This document shows, in pieces, positions 49,818-59,966 of a DNA stretch of 64,000 nucleotides (within the stretch, counting starts at the first letter, position 1; every line of letters starts with the position of its first letter). A model generated the notes under the pieces. The model did not search any database and was not told the DNA's origin. It saw only the letters and a program-made list of their open reading frames with translations. Made by a program: the position numbers and the translations under genes. Origin of the DNA: Gemmatales bacterium (lineage in GTDB: Bacteria > Planctomycetota > Planctomycetia > Gemmatales > HRBIN36); contig JBEPZY010000002.1 in NCBI GenBank assembly GCA_041640595.1, forward strand, positions 564,651 to 628,650. Direction: 5' to 3'.

Positions 49818-50825
49818 CTAACGGTGGCTGGCATTTGTTATGGGGATTTCTAAAACCGGCTGCTGAGGGCAATCGGTGGCCACGCGGATCACGGCATTTT
49901 TCGGCACGTCGGCCTGCGCTTGCCGGCGGACAATGAGCAGATGAATCGGCTGGGGGCGATCGCTGACAGGCTCCACTTCCGTCCCTGGCGGTTTTTCGGC
50001 TATGGCCACGATCCGGAACGGCCGCAACCCTCGCAGGATCACCCGTTGCTCGGAATCAGCTCGGCCGTTTTCCACGTACACTGCCGGTGTGGCAGACACT
50101 TCGATGACAGGGCGGATTTGCCCTTCCACCAGGATCGGAAAGACCGGCAACCCTGGGTCGTTGGTGGACAACGTCAGCACGGCCAGCCAATTACCCACCG
50201 GCGCTTGTTCGTTCAGTCGAATGGCGATCTGATAGCGAGTTTCTCCGGGTCGCCGCGAAACCAGCCGGATTTGCGTCGTCAGGAACGGGTAGGGGTTATG
50301 CCCTGCGAGTATTTGCCAGTCCAGAGAACCGGAATATTCCACTTCGACGAGGCGTTCGGCAGTTTCCCCAGCTTCCAGACCGGCAAAGCGAACCATGCCC
50401 GGACGGATGACGACATCCGGTCGGCTGACCGCCCGCACCTGCAATACCTCGTACCGTGATCCTGGCTGCAACTGTAACCGCACCGCCACCACGTTTTCAC
50501 CAGCGAACTGTCGCGTGTCCATCTCCACCTCAACGTATCCGGATGCTCCCGGTTCGAGCGTCTGCGGAAGCAGTCGCACCTGCACGCTGTTGCTGCTCGT
50601 CTGCACCTGGGTGATGGTCACGGGAGCGGAAGTGGAATTTGTCCAGCGGAAGCGTTGAACCAGCAATGTTCCCATTGGCACGGGCCCGAAATCGTGCTGC
50701 GTTTTTTCAAACAGGCGGACGCTATCGGCAACGAGCAAGCCACTTCTGGCTACCAGCAAGAGCAATGCCATTACGGTCAACCATCGTGTTCCGATCATGC
50801 GTTTGTGCTCCCGTACTTCCGGCAT
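49818..50825 (-). CDS. Exported DUF1573 (Ig-like) domain protein
   Basis: Signal peptide; HDFGPV...FRWTN...LEPGASG motif; LSTNDP. Confidence 0.82.
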   Translation of the reverse strand: MPEVREHKRMIGTRWLTVMALLLLVARSGLLVADSVRLFEKTQHDFGPVPMGTLLVQRFRWTNSTSAPVTITQVQTSSNSVQVRLLPQTLEPGASGYVEVEMDTRQFAGENVVAVRLQLQPGSRYEVLQVRAVSRPDVVIRPGMVRFAGLEAGETAERLVEVEYSGSLDWQILAGHNPYPFLTTQIRLVSRRPGETRYQIAIRLNEQAPVGNWLAVLTLSTNDPGLPVFPILVEGQIRPVIEVSATPAVYVENGRADSEQRVILRGLRPFRIVAIAEKPPGTEVEPVSDRPQPIHLLIVRRQAQADVPKNAVIRVATDCPQQPVLEIPITNASHR

Positions 50826-51007
50826 AACACGATCATCGGCAAATTGGCTCGACTTTGTGCAGTCGGCTGATAGGGGTCACGCCAGGTTTGGCGGCATTGT
50901 CCCTGGCCCGGCAAATAACTAAGCTAAGCCGACCCATGAAGCCTGCCGCAAAACCAGACCCAGCGGAAAGTGCCCTGCGCTGTCGCTGACCGTCCTGGAG
51001 ATCCTCG

Positions 51008-52510
51008 ATGAGCCAAGAACATGCCAGCGCTTCCCAACCTCCATCCTCCACCGGGGTACCGGAGCCACGTCCCTTTCGCGCTGTGGACTGGCTCATCGTC
51101 ATCATCGCCGCCATCGGGTTTGCCTTTGATATTTACGAGTTGCTGATGATGCCGCTGATCGCCCGACCGGCACTGGCGGAACTGTTGCGGGTGGATCCGT
51201 ACACGGCTAGCGGTAATGCAGAAATCCTGCGCTGGACCGGCTATATCATGTGGGGCAGCGCCATCTCCGGCGGCATTTTCGGACTTTTAGGAGGATATTT
51301 GACCGATTTGTTCGGTCGCCGGCGTGTGCTGGTCTGGAGCATTCTGCTGTATGCATTCTCGGCGTTGGCGGCGGGGTTCAGCACCAGCGCGGAAATGCTG
51401 CTGGTGTTACGCTGCACGACGTTTATCGGCGTATGTGTGGAATTCGTGGCTGCGGTGGCCTGGCTGGCGGAGCTTTTCCCCAATCCTCGCCAGCGGGAAG
51501 CAGTGCTTGGATATACGCAAGCATTTTCCTCGGTGGGCGGCTTGCTGGTCACGCTGGCTTATTACCTGTGCGTGCAACTATCGTCGTGGCTGCCGGCGAT
51601 TCATGGCGAACATGCTCCGTGGCGCTACACGCTGATTTCCGGAGTAATTCCCGCCTTGCCGCTCATTGTCGTGCGACCGTTTTTGCCGGAATCGCCGGTC
51701 TGGGAAAGCAAACGCCGACTCGGTCAACTCAAACGGCCGAGTGTGGCAGAACTTTTTTCGCCACGTTTTCGCCGCACCACTCTGGTTACGACCACGTTGT
51801 TCGCCTGCAGCTACGGGGCCGCCTTCGGCGCGATTCAATTGACCCCGCAAATCGTTCCGGGACTCGTGCCAGAATTGCCGCGGCTGGCGAAACTCCGTGC
51901 CGAACTCGATCAGGCAATCCGTCAGCAGGACAAATCCCGCGAACAGCAAATCCGTGCCCAGATGGAACCGCTTTTGCGAAAACAGGAGGAAACGGTTAGC
52001 CACGTCCAGTTCGCTCAGGAGATCGGCGGATTGTGTGGCCGATTCGCACTGGCCTGGCTGGTGGTGCGGATTGTCAGCCGGCGATTGCTCCTGCGCTTGT
52101 TCGTGATTCCAGCCCTGGTGGTCTTGCCGATGCTTTATGCCTTCCCGGCGGCGGGACGCTTACCGGCATATAACCTGGAAATGCTCACCGCTGGCATTTT
52201 CCTGGCCGGGTTTCTGGTGGTTGGACAATTCAGCTTCTGGGGCAATTATCTGCCGCGGGTTTATCCAGTGTATCTGCGGGGCACGGGAGAAAGTTTCGCG
52301 GCCAATGTAGGCGGGCGAATGATTGGAACGGCAGCCAATCCGCTCAGTGCCATCGTCTTTGCCGAACTGTGGCGAAACCTCGCCACCGGTGCCACCCCGC
52401 CGCAAATCACCGCCTTTGCTGCCGCTACCACCAGCTTTGTCGTTTTTGCTCTGGCGCTGGTGCTGACGTTTTTCCTGCCCGAACCTCAAAGCGGTGCCGC
52501 CGACGATTGA
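51008..52510 (+). CDS. MFS transporter
   Basis: GYLTDLFGRRR motif A; about 12 TMs; YPVYLRGTG. Confidence 0.93.
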   Translation: MSQEHASASQPPSSTGVPEPRPFRAVDWLIVIIAAIGFAFDIYELLMMPLIARPALAELLRVDPYTASGNAEILRWTGYIMWGSAISGGIFGLLGGYLTDLFGRRRVLVWSILLYAFSALAAGFSTSAEMLLVLRCTTFIGVCVEFVAAVAWLAELFPNPRQREAVLGYTQAFSSVGGLLVTLAYYLCVQLSSWLPAIHGEHAPWRYTLISGVIPALPLIVVRPFLPESPVWESKRRLGQLKRPSVAELFSPRFRRTTLVTTTLFACSYGAAFGAIQLTPQIVPGLVPELPRLAKLRAELDQAIRQQDKSREQQIRAQMEPLLRKQEETVSHVQFAQEIGGLCGRFALAWLVVRIVSRRLLLRLFVIPALVVLPMLYAFPAAGRLPAYNLEMLTAGIFLAGFLVVGQFSFWGNYLPRVYPVYLRGTGESFAANVGGRMIGTAANPLSAIVFAELWRNLATGATPPQITAFAAATTSFVVFALALVLTFFLPEPQSGAADD

Positions 52511-52579
52511 CCCGACAATCACGCCGAAATATCCTGCTACCGTAGCAGCTATCGGAATCGTCGGCAGGAGTGCAGGATC

Positions 52580-55500
52580 ATGGTATCGCGATATGCGTCA
52601 AGCTGGCATAGTCGGTTGATGCTCCTATTGCTGTCGGCGACACTGGCGGGATTGCTGGCTCTGTGGCGGTTCGGCTCAGCGCCTTCGGCACCACCAGACC
52701 GCCCCATGCCGGCAGAAAAAGTGGTCCGTGAGCTTTCGTTGCCCAGCGGTTTCGTGGCCACTGTGTTCGCTGCTGAACCGCAGGTTCGCCAGCCCATTGC
52801 CATGACCTTCGACGATCGCGGTCGGCTCTGGGTTGTGGAAAATTTCACGTATGCCGACTACCGCACCAATTACGACCTGCGGCAGCGCGACCGGATTGTC
52901 ATTTTCGAGGACACCGACGGAGACGGGCGGAGCGATAAGCAAACCGTTTTCTGGGATCAGGGGCAGCGGGTAACCAGCGTGGCAGTGGGGTTCGGCGGCG
53001 TGTGGGTGCTGGCAGCTCCGCATTTACTGTTCATTCCTGACCGCGACGGTGATGATCGCCCCGACTCCGAGCCAATCATTCTCCTGGACGGTTGGGATTA
53101 CGGCCCGGTCCGCCATAACATCGTCAACGGTTTGAAGTGGGGTCCCGACGGCTGGCTCTACGGTCGGCATGGGATTCAGGCGACCTCTTTTGTCGGCAAA
53201 CCGGGCACCCCACGCGACCAGCGTATCGCGGTCAATTGTGCCATCTGGCGTTACCATCCCACCCGCCATGTCTTCGAGGTGGTCTGTCGCGGCACGACCA
53301 ATCCCTGGGGCTGGGACTTCAACGAATACGGCGACATGTTTTTCATCAATACGGTGATTGGCCACCTGTGGCACGCCATTCCCGGCGCCCATTACCGCCG
53401 GATGTACGGTGAAGATTTCAACCCGCATCTGTACGAGTTGATCGATCAGCATGCTGATCATTACCACTGGGACACCTCGCTGCGTTGGGATCAGACGCGC
53501 GAACCGACGGGCCGTACCGACCAGCTCGGCGGTGGGCATGCCCATAGCGGTTTGATGATTTATCTCGGCGATAACTGGCCGGAGTCCTATCGCGGTCGGT
53601 TATTCACTCTGAACCTGCATGGTCGCCGGATCAATCAGGACGTTCTGGTGCGACACGGTTCGGGGTACATTGGTCGGCATGCCGCGGACTTCTGCCATTT
53701 CCCCGACCCGTGGTTTCGCGGCATCGAATTGGTTTACGGCCCGGATGGCGGCGTTTTTGTTGCCGACTGGAGCGACACCGGGGAATGCCATGAAGATGAC
53801 GGCGTGGATCGCGAATCGGGACGCATTTACAAGCTCACCTACGGTCGGCCCAAACCGGTGGGAAAACTGGATGTATCGCGGCTGAGCGATACCGAGCTGG
53901 TCGGCTTGCTGGGCCACCGCAACGACTGGTTCGTTCGCCAGGCGTTACGAAATCTGCAGGAGCGAGCCGCTGCCGGTCGGTTGACACCGCAGACGGGCGA
54001 GTTGCTGCGGCAGCGGTTTCAGACCGAATCGCACACACCGCGACGCTTGCGTTTGCTCTGGGCACTTTACGTTACCGAACAAGCCGACGCCCGGTTTCTC
54101 AGTCAACTCCTGACTGACCCGAACGAATACCTCCGCGCCTGGGCCGTGCGTCTGCTGACCGACCGCGAACCTGTCCCGGCTGCGATTCAACAGGCCTTGC
54201 GGCAGTGTGCCGAGAAAGAGGATTCCGCATACGTGCGGCTCTACCTGACCGCTGCCCTGCAACGTCTGGATATTCCCGAACGACCGGCACTGGCCGAACC
54301 GCTTCTGGATCGCCTCGAAGCGGACGATCACAATTTGCCCCTGCTTCTCTGGTACGGTATCGAACCGGTGGTGGCGAAGTTTCCGGAGACGGCGGTATCC
54401 TGGCTGACGCGGACTAACTCAGCGAAACTCCGGCGGTTTATCGTTCGCCGTCTCGCCGCCGATTGGGAGGCCCACCAGTCGTACCTCAGCCGCGTTCTTG
54501 TCCTGGCTGCGGAGAAGGATGCGGCTTTTCAGGCGGCAGTGTTGCAGGGTCTGGAAGAAGCAATCCGCGGCTGGCAGAAAGTGCAACCGCCGCCTGCCTG
54601 GAAACAAGTGCAGGATAAGTTTCTCAGCTCGCCTCACAACGAAGTTCGCCAGCTGGCCCGGCAACTGGCAGTCGTGTTCGGCGATGGTCGCACCCATCAG
54701 CAATTGCTGCAAATCGTCAAGGACCAAAATGCCGATGGCGAAACCCGCCGCGCTGCTCTGCGGACGTTGTTGCAAAATCCGACGCCGGAAATGCGACCGG
54801 TGTTGAAAAAAATGCTCGCCGATCGCAGTCTGGCCGGGCTCGCCGCTGCCGGTTTGGCTCACTGGAACGACGACGACATTCCCCATCTGATCCTGAGGCA
54901 TTACCAGCGAATTCGTCCGGAGGAGCGGTCGCTGGCCATCCAAACACTGGTTTCGCGGCGGAACTGGGCACGCATTCTGTTGCAGGCCGTCGCGGAAGGA
55001 CGCCTGGCTGCCAGCGACATCAACGCCTACCAGGCCCGTCAGATCGCTGCCTTCGGCGATGCAGAGCTCACGAATTTGCTGCGACGTTACTGGGGCGAAA
55101 TCCGGGCCCGGCCCGAGCAAATCCAGCAACAACTGGCTGACTGGAAACAACGATTGAAGCCCGATTACCTGGCGCAAGCGGACTTGCAACGGGGCCACGC
55201 TCTATTCGTCAAACTCTGCAGCAATTGTCATCGGCTGTTCGGCGAAGGCCAGACCATCGGGCCGGATTTGACCGGCAGCCACCGCGACAACCTCGATTAT
55301 CTTCTGGAGAACTTGCTCGACCCGAGCGGGGTAGTGCCTGCCGATTTCCGCATGTCCGTCGTCGAACTCAAGGATGGCCGGGTGCTGACCGGCGTGGTGG
55401 TCCAGCAGACCGACCGCGTGTTTGTGGTGCAGACCCAGCAGGAACGTGTCCCGATCGATCGCCAGCAGGTGCAGGCCATCCAGCCCACTAACCAGTCGCT

Positions 55501-55588
55501 GATGCCCGACAATTTGCTGCAGGGTTTGAGCCTGGAGGAGGTGCGCGACCTGATCGCCTACCTCATGTCGAAAAATCCTCCCCGCTAG
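52580..55588 (+). CDS. PVC-type heme-binding CxxCH protein (membrane-bound dehydrogenase propeller + HEAT repeats + cytochrome c)
   Basis: FAAEP..QPIAMTFDDRGRLWV, WGPDGWLY, NPWG and CSNCH...GPDLT...SLMP motifs. Confidence 0.92.
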   Translation: MVSRYASSWHSRLMLLLLSATLAGLLALWRFGSAPSAPPDRPMPAEKVVRELSLPSGFVATVFAAEPQVRQPIAMTFDDRGRLWVVENFTYADYRTNYDLRQRDRIVIFEDTDGDGRSDKQTVFWDQGQRVTSVAVGFGGVWVLAAPHLLFIPDRDGDDRPDSEPIILLDGWDYGPVRHNIVNGLKWGPDGWLYGRHGIQATSFVGKPGTPRDQRIAVNCAIWRYHPTRHVFEVVCRGTTNPWGWDFNEYGDMFFINTVIGHLWHAIPGAHYRRMYGEDFNPHLYELIDQHADHYHWDTSLRWDQTREPTGRTDQLGGGHAHSGLMIYLGDNWPESYRGRLFTLNLHGRRINQDVLVRHGSGYIGRHAADFCHFPDPWFRGIELVYGPDGGVFVADWSDTGECHEDDGVDRESGRIYKLTYGRPKPVGKLDVSRLSDTELVGLLGHRNDWFVRQALRNLQERAAAGRLTPQTGELLRQRFQTESHTPRRLRLLWALYVTEQADARFLSQLLTDPNEYLRAWAVRLLTDREPVPAAIQQALRQCAEKEDSAYVRLYLTAALQRLDIPERPALAEPLLDRLEADDHNLPLLLWYGIEPVVAKFPETAVSWLTRTNSAKLRRFIVRRLAADWEAHQSYLSRVLVLAAEKDAAFQAAVLQGLEEAIRGWQKVQPPPAWKQVQDKFLSSPHNEVRQLARQLAVVFGDGRTHQQLLQIVKDQNADGETRRAALRTLLQNPTPEMRPVLKKMLADRSLAGLAAAGLAHWNDDDIPHLILRHYQRIRPEERSLAIQTLVSRRNWARILLQAVAEGRLAASDINAYQARQIAAFGDAELTNLLRRYWGEIRARPEQIQQQLADWKQRLKPDYLAQADLQRGHALFVKLCSNCHRLFGEGQTIGPDLTGSHRDNLDYLLENLLDPSGVVPADFRMSVVELKDGRVLTGVVVQQTDRVFVVQTQQERVPIDRQQVQAIQPTNQSLMPDNLLQGLSLEEVRDLIAYLMSKNPPR

Positions 55589-55613
55589 GCCAGCCGAATC
55601 CCCGCGGGTACGG

Positions 55614-55719
55614 GCACGCTGTGAACGTCACCCAAAAAGGTTTGCTGACACCTCGACAACGCATAAACCTTCACGCAGAAGCACGCGGTGAATGTCACCG
55701 AAAAGGTTTGCCGAAACAT
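55614..55719. repeat. Two degenerate ~39-bp direct repeats, 67-bp period, palindromic core
   Basis: GCACGCTGTGAACGTCACCCAAAAAGGTTTGCTGACA vs GCACGCGGTGAATGTCACCGAAAAGGTTTGCCGAAA. Confidence 0.75.
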
Positions 55720-55840
55720 CTGGCTCGCCAATGGTGAGGCTGTTTGCGTCAATCCACCGGACCTGCGATGCCGACAAAGTGACGGCTCCAGTAACAGATG
55801 GGCCGGCTGTAGGTTACCAAAACCCGGGGAGCGTTGAGGT

Positions 55841-56857
55841 TCAGGTACGCCCATCGCGATGGGGCGTCGCCGAAGGTGAGGCTTCCGGCTGCCCCTTGAA
55901 CAATCGGCGTTCCAGATGCGGATGGTATTCCGTCCAGGCTCGCTCCGGAAACCGATCCTCCCGCAGTTCGCGCAAAATCATGTGCAGGCGTGAGTCGAGA
56001 TGGTCGAGCAGATGCACGGCCATAGCTTCCGGGGTCATGGGCAGGCAAGGACTGCCGGAAGCCGGGTCACCGTGGTGGCTGACGATGATATGTTTGAGCC
56101 GGAGCAACAGTTCCTGCGGGATCGGTTCGCCGAGCAGCGTCTCTGCCTGGCGGGCTTTCTCATCGAGCAATTCCACGCCGAGCACCAGATGCCCGACCAG
56201 CTGGCCTTCGTCGCTGTAGCCGAAATGAGAAGCGTAAGTGAGTTCGCGGACTTTACCGAGATCGTGCAAGAAAATACCGGCGAGCACCAGATCACGATCC
56301 ACACCCGGATACAGGGGGCGATCGCCACCGAACAGCCGTTCGGCTGCCTCGAGCATGGTCACGACGTGTTCGAGTAACCCACCCAGGTAGGCATGATGGA
56401 CGCGGACACCAGCCGGGGCCTGCACAAATCCCTGCATGAGCGTCTCGTCCTGCAGAAACAGATTGAGCAAGGCTCGCAGATGAGGATTGCTGACCTGCAA
56501 CAACTCCCGCAGCCGATTCCAGAGCACGCTCACCTCTTGTTCCGACTGCGGCAGAAAATCGCGGGGATCGTACTGGTCGGCATTGGCTGCGTGAATCTCC
56601 GTCAGAATCAATTGCATATTGCCCTGAAAGAGCTGGGCCCGTCCGCGGACGAAGACGCATTCCCCTTCGCGGAAGGCCTGGAAATGTTCCTCCGTGGCAT
56701 TCCAGAGCCGACCGATCAAACTCCCTGAGCGGTCGCGTAATTCGACCTGCAAATATCGGCCTCCCTGGCGATTGGTGCGCAGGGCTTTGCTGGCAGCCAG
56801 ATAGACATCCTCGACGGAATCGCCGTCGTGTAATTGCCGCAGCATACGATGAGGCAT
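55841..56857 (-). CDS. yhaM: 3'-5' exoribonuclease YhaM/Cbf1 (OB + HD)
   Basis: N-terminal OB fold; HHAYLGGLLEH, LHDLGK, GH and SHHG motifs. Confidence 0.9.
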   Translation of the reverse strand: MPHRMLRQLHDGDSVEDVYLAASKALRTNRQGGRYLQVELRDRSGSLIGRLWNATEEHFQAFREGECVFVRGRAQLFQGNMQLILTEIHAANADQYDPRDFLPQSEQEVSVLWNRLRELLQVSNPHLRALLNLFLQDETLMQGFVQAPAGVRVHHAYLGGLLEHVVTMLEAAERLFGGDRPLYPGVDRDLVLAGIFLHDLGKVRELTYASHFGYSDEGQLVGHLVLGVELLDEKARQAETLLGEPIPQELLLRLKHIIVSHHGDPASGSPCLPMTPEAMAVHLLDHLDSRLHMILRELREDRFPERAWTEYHPHLERRLFKGQPEASPSATPHRDGRT

Positions 56858-57089
56858 CGTCGAAACTCCCGGCTCGTCGCCGACATTGGTGAAAGCCCGC
56901 TGAGCTGCCCGAGCGGTGGCGATCACTGCATCGCTTTTCGCTGCCGCCAGACAGCGCGGTTGTTTCCTAGTATGGCATAAAAGGGTATGCCCGGAATACC
57001 GATTCCGTTATGGGCACGAAGCATTGTATGGCCCGCTGGTCAGGGTGAACCAGCCGATAGCGGCTGCCCACATTCGGGAGTGCGAAAGC

Positions 57090-57965
57090 ATGCCATGCCA
57101 AGCGCTGGTCTGGCGAATCCGTGGCCGGGAATTTCACATTACCGACCGCCCCTTGCTTATGGGCGTGGTCAATGTGACACCAGACAGCTTTTCCGATGGT
57201 GGCCAATTCCTCGATCCCGACCGTGCGGTGGAACATGCCTGGCGGCTGGTTGAACAAGGCGCGGATCTGCTCGACATCGGTGGTGAATCCACTCGACCCG
57301 GAGCGGCACCCGTACCGCTGGACGAAGAAAGACGGCGAGTGCTACCAGTGCTGGAACGGCTGTGTGGCTCGGTGCCGGTGCCGATTTCCATTGACACGTA
57401 CAAACCGGCGCTGGCGCGGGAGGCAGTGGAGCTCGGCGTGGCCATTGTCAATGACGTTACGGGTTTGCGAGACCCGGAAATGGTGGAACTGGTGCGCGAA
57501 AGCGGTGCGGGGGCTATCGTCATGCACATGCAAGGCACGCCGCAAACCATGCAACTCAACCCGCAGTATCAGGATGTCGTCGGCGAGGTGAGGTCGTTTT
57601 TACAAGAGAGGTTGTCAAGTTTGCAATCGGCTGGTATAGGCGTGGAACAGCTGGCGATCGATCCGGGGATCGGTTTCGGCAAGCGTCTGGAACATAACCT
57701 TCGCTTGCTGGCCGAAGGCCGACAACTGGCCACCCTGAACCGGCCGATTTGCCTGGGCGTGTCCAGAAAAGGCTTCATCAACCGCGTGGCGGGAGAACCG
57801 GGGTGGGCGGAGGCGGGCGTGGGCGGGACCATCGGCACGTTGCTCTTTGCCTGGACGCAAGGAAGCGTGCATATCGCCCGCGTTCATGACGTCGCCGAGG
57901 TGCGACGGGCCTTTGCACTCTTCACGCGGTTGGAGCAACTGGCGCTGACCACCGAGCGGCAATAA
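57090..57965 (+). CDS. folP: Dihydropteroate synthase
   Basis: NVTPDSFSDGG, DIGGESTRPG, DPGIGFGK, SRK and RVHDV motifs. Confidence 0.97.
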   Translation: MPCQALVWRIRGREFHITDRPLLMGVVNVTPDSFSDGGQFLDPDRAVEHAWRLVEQGADLLDIGGESTRPGAAPVPLDEERRRVLPVLERLCGSVPVPISIDTYKPALAREAVELGVAIVNDVTGLRDPEMVELVRESGAGAIVMHMQGTPQTMQLNPQYQDVVGEVRSFLQERLSSLQSAGIGVEQLAIDPGIGFGKRLEHNLRLLAEGRQLATLNRPICLGVSRKGFINRVAGEPGWAEAGVGGTIGTLLFAWTQGSVHIARVHDVAEVRRAFALFTRLEQLALTTERQ

Positions 57966-58051
57966 CCGACCGAATCTCGCCAGCAACGACGCTCCGTGCT
58001 TTTCTAGTTCCGGAGCCGGGTCAGACAATTTTCACGCAAGCGGGGCCAGGG

Positions 58052-58849
58052 ATGGAACGGATCCGCGACCTTTTCGACGGCATGGGTATTCGCGACGTTG
58101 TGGAAATTCTCATTTTGGCCGCAATCCTGTATGCGGTGCTGCGGTTTTTGGGAAATCGTCGTGGGGCGGGACTGGTGCGAGGCCTGGCCATTGTCGTGGC
58201 AGGTACCCTGCTGGTTTTCCAGGTCATCATCATCAGTTTCGACCTGGCCGAGCTGAGTCGGTTCCTGGACTACCTGCTCAGCATTGCCCTGCTGGCGATC
58301 ATTGTGATTTTCCAGCCGGAGTTGCGGCGAGGTTTGCTCATGCTGGGGCAATACAGGTTGTTGCGGCTCTTTGCTCCGCGAAGTGTGCCGATTGCCGATC
58401 GCCTGAGCGAAGCCGCTCTGGCTCTGTCCCGCGAATACACCGGGGCGCTCATTGTCATCGAGCAGAACGTCAACCTGGAAAGTTACATCCAAACCGGAGA
58501 ACGGCTGGACGCGGAGGTGTCGCCGAAATTGCTGCGGGCCATTTTTCACAAGCGCAGTCCGCTGCACGATGGGGCGGTGATTATCGCCGAGGGTCGCATC
58601 GCCGCCGCCGGGTGTCAGTTGCCGTTAGCCGATGCCAGCCGCTCGGATGTTGGCGGCGTGCATTTCGGTATGCGCCATCGGGCAGCGCTCGGTCTGAGCG
58701 AGGAAACCGATGCCATTGTCCTGGTAGTCAGCGAAGAAACCGGGCGGATTTCGCTGGCAATCGGAGGCCAGCTTCAGGTCGTACCGCGGGAGCAATTGCT
58801 GCAACGCTTGCATGGTGTGTTGCCAGGCATGATTGCCCTGGCGGCGTGA
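58052..58849 (+). CDS. dacA: Membrane diadenylate cyclase CdaA
   Basis: Three TMs, IFQPELRR, PLHDGA and GMRHRAA motifs. Confidence 0.95.
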   Translation: MERIRDLFDGMGIRDVVEILILAAILYAVLRFLGNRRGAGLVRGLAIVVAGTLLVFQVIIISFDLAELSRFLDYLLSIALLAIIVIFQPELRRGLLMLGQYRLLRLFAPRSVPIADRLSEAALALSREYTGALIVIEQNVNLESYIQTGERLDAEVSPKLLRAIFHKRSPLHDGAVIIAEGRIAAAGCQLPLADASRSDVGGVHFGMRHRAALGLSEETDAIVLVVSEETGRISLAIGGQLQVVPREQLLQRLHGVLPGMIALAA

Positions 58850-58883
58850 GTAGCGAGTGGCCACAACGCGAGGCAGAAAAATC

Positions 58884-59963
58884 ATGGCGCTTACCCAGCT
58901 GCGAAATCGGTCAGCACCGCCGCTGGATCAGCCGACCTGGTGGCAACGGCTCAGCACACCGCTGGTGGCCCTGGGATTGGCTATGGTGCTCTGGATGTAT
59001 ATGCGCAGCCGCGATCTCGAAGTGCTCGATAACTATCCGGTGCCGGTGGAAATTACCATCGCCCCGAATCAGGCGGAGTGGTACGAACTGGAGCTGGGCG
59101 GACCGAGCGAAGTGCGTATCAGCTTTACCGGACCACCTTCACGGATCCGCGAATTGCGAGCACGATTACAGAGTGGCCAGCTACGCATTCAACGCACGGT
59201 AAGTGTTCCCGAGGAGCGTCAGGGAGACGCTCGCTATGTGGATGTGTTGCGTATTGATCCGCAGGACCTGGAGGGCCTGGCTGGTGTGCAAGCAGTGATC
59301 GCCGAAAAAACGAACCGCATCCCCATCACACTCCGCCGCATCATCGAAAAGCAGATGCCCGTGCAATTCCAGCATACCGGTGGCGAACGGGTGGAACGTG
59401 TGGTCATTGAACCGAACACCGTGACGGTACGCGGGCCGAAAGAAGTGCTCGACCGCGAAGAGGTGATTCCCACCCAGTTGTATCACGTGCCGCTCCGCCT
59501 GGCCGACCAGCAGAACCGGCCCGTGGAACAAAGCGTCAGCGTGCCGCTCAGCAGTGAACTGGGCGGGCGCCCGGTGCGAGTCAATCCCGAGCGCGTCCAG
59601 GTGCGTTTCTGGCTGCGACCCAAACGGCGGCTAGTGGAACTATCCGATGTGCCGGTACATTTTCTCGTGCCCGCAGGTTTTGCGTTTCGGCCGCAGTTCA
59701 CCAGTCCTCGCGCTGGTCTGATCTCGCTGCGAATTCTGGCGCCGGCTGCCGATCCACCTGCCGGCATCAAGGCCTACGTGGATTTCACCACGCCCGGCCG
59801 CACTTTTGTTCGCGGATTGTATCCGGAAGAAGTCATTTCTGTGCAGCTGCCACCCGGCTATGAACTGGCCCAGGAACCGCCGCGTATTTCCGTCGAACTG
59901 GTACCGCTGGAGACCGGCGTACAACCGGCTTCCGCACCGCTTCCGGCTCCGCGACTTCCCTGA
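58884..59963 (+). CDS. CdaR/YbbR-like regulator
   Basis: Single TM (ALGLAMVLWMY), beta-rich repeats (PNTVTVRGP); directly downstream of dacA. Confidence 0.8.
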   Translation: MALTQLRNRSAPPLDQPTWWQRLSTPLVALGLAMVLWMYMRSRDLEVLDNYPVPVEITIAPNQAEWYELELGGPSEVRISFTGPPSRIRELRARLQSGQLRIQRTVSVPEERQGDARYVDVLRIDPQDLEGLAGVQAVIAEKTNRIPITLRRIIEKQMPVQFQHTGGERVERVVIEPNTVTVRGPKEVLDREEVIPTQLYHVPLRLADQQNRPVEQSVSVPLSSELGGRPVRVNPERVQVRFWLRPKRRLVELSDVPVHFLVPAGFAFRPQFTSPRAGLISLRILAPAADPPAGIKAYVDFTTPGRTFVRGLYPEEVISVQLPPGYELAQEPPRISVELVPLETGVQPASAPLPAPRLP

Positions 59964-59966
59964 GCA

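Noticed and set aside
48824..49853. Several short ORFs (48940-49242, 48824-49282, 49449-49745 and others)
   Set aside because: No RBS or recognisable motifs; the 48940 ATG lies only 3 nt after the -10 box, upstream of the expected TSS. RNA structure explains the region better, though coding is not formally excluded.
27237..55719. Calling the 66-68 bp period repeats CRISPR arrays
   Set aside because: Only 2-3 units each, degenerate, unrelated to one another, with no leader or cas genes; reported as repeats only.
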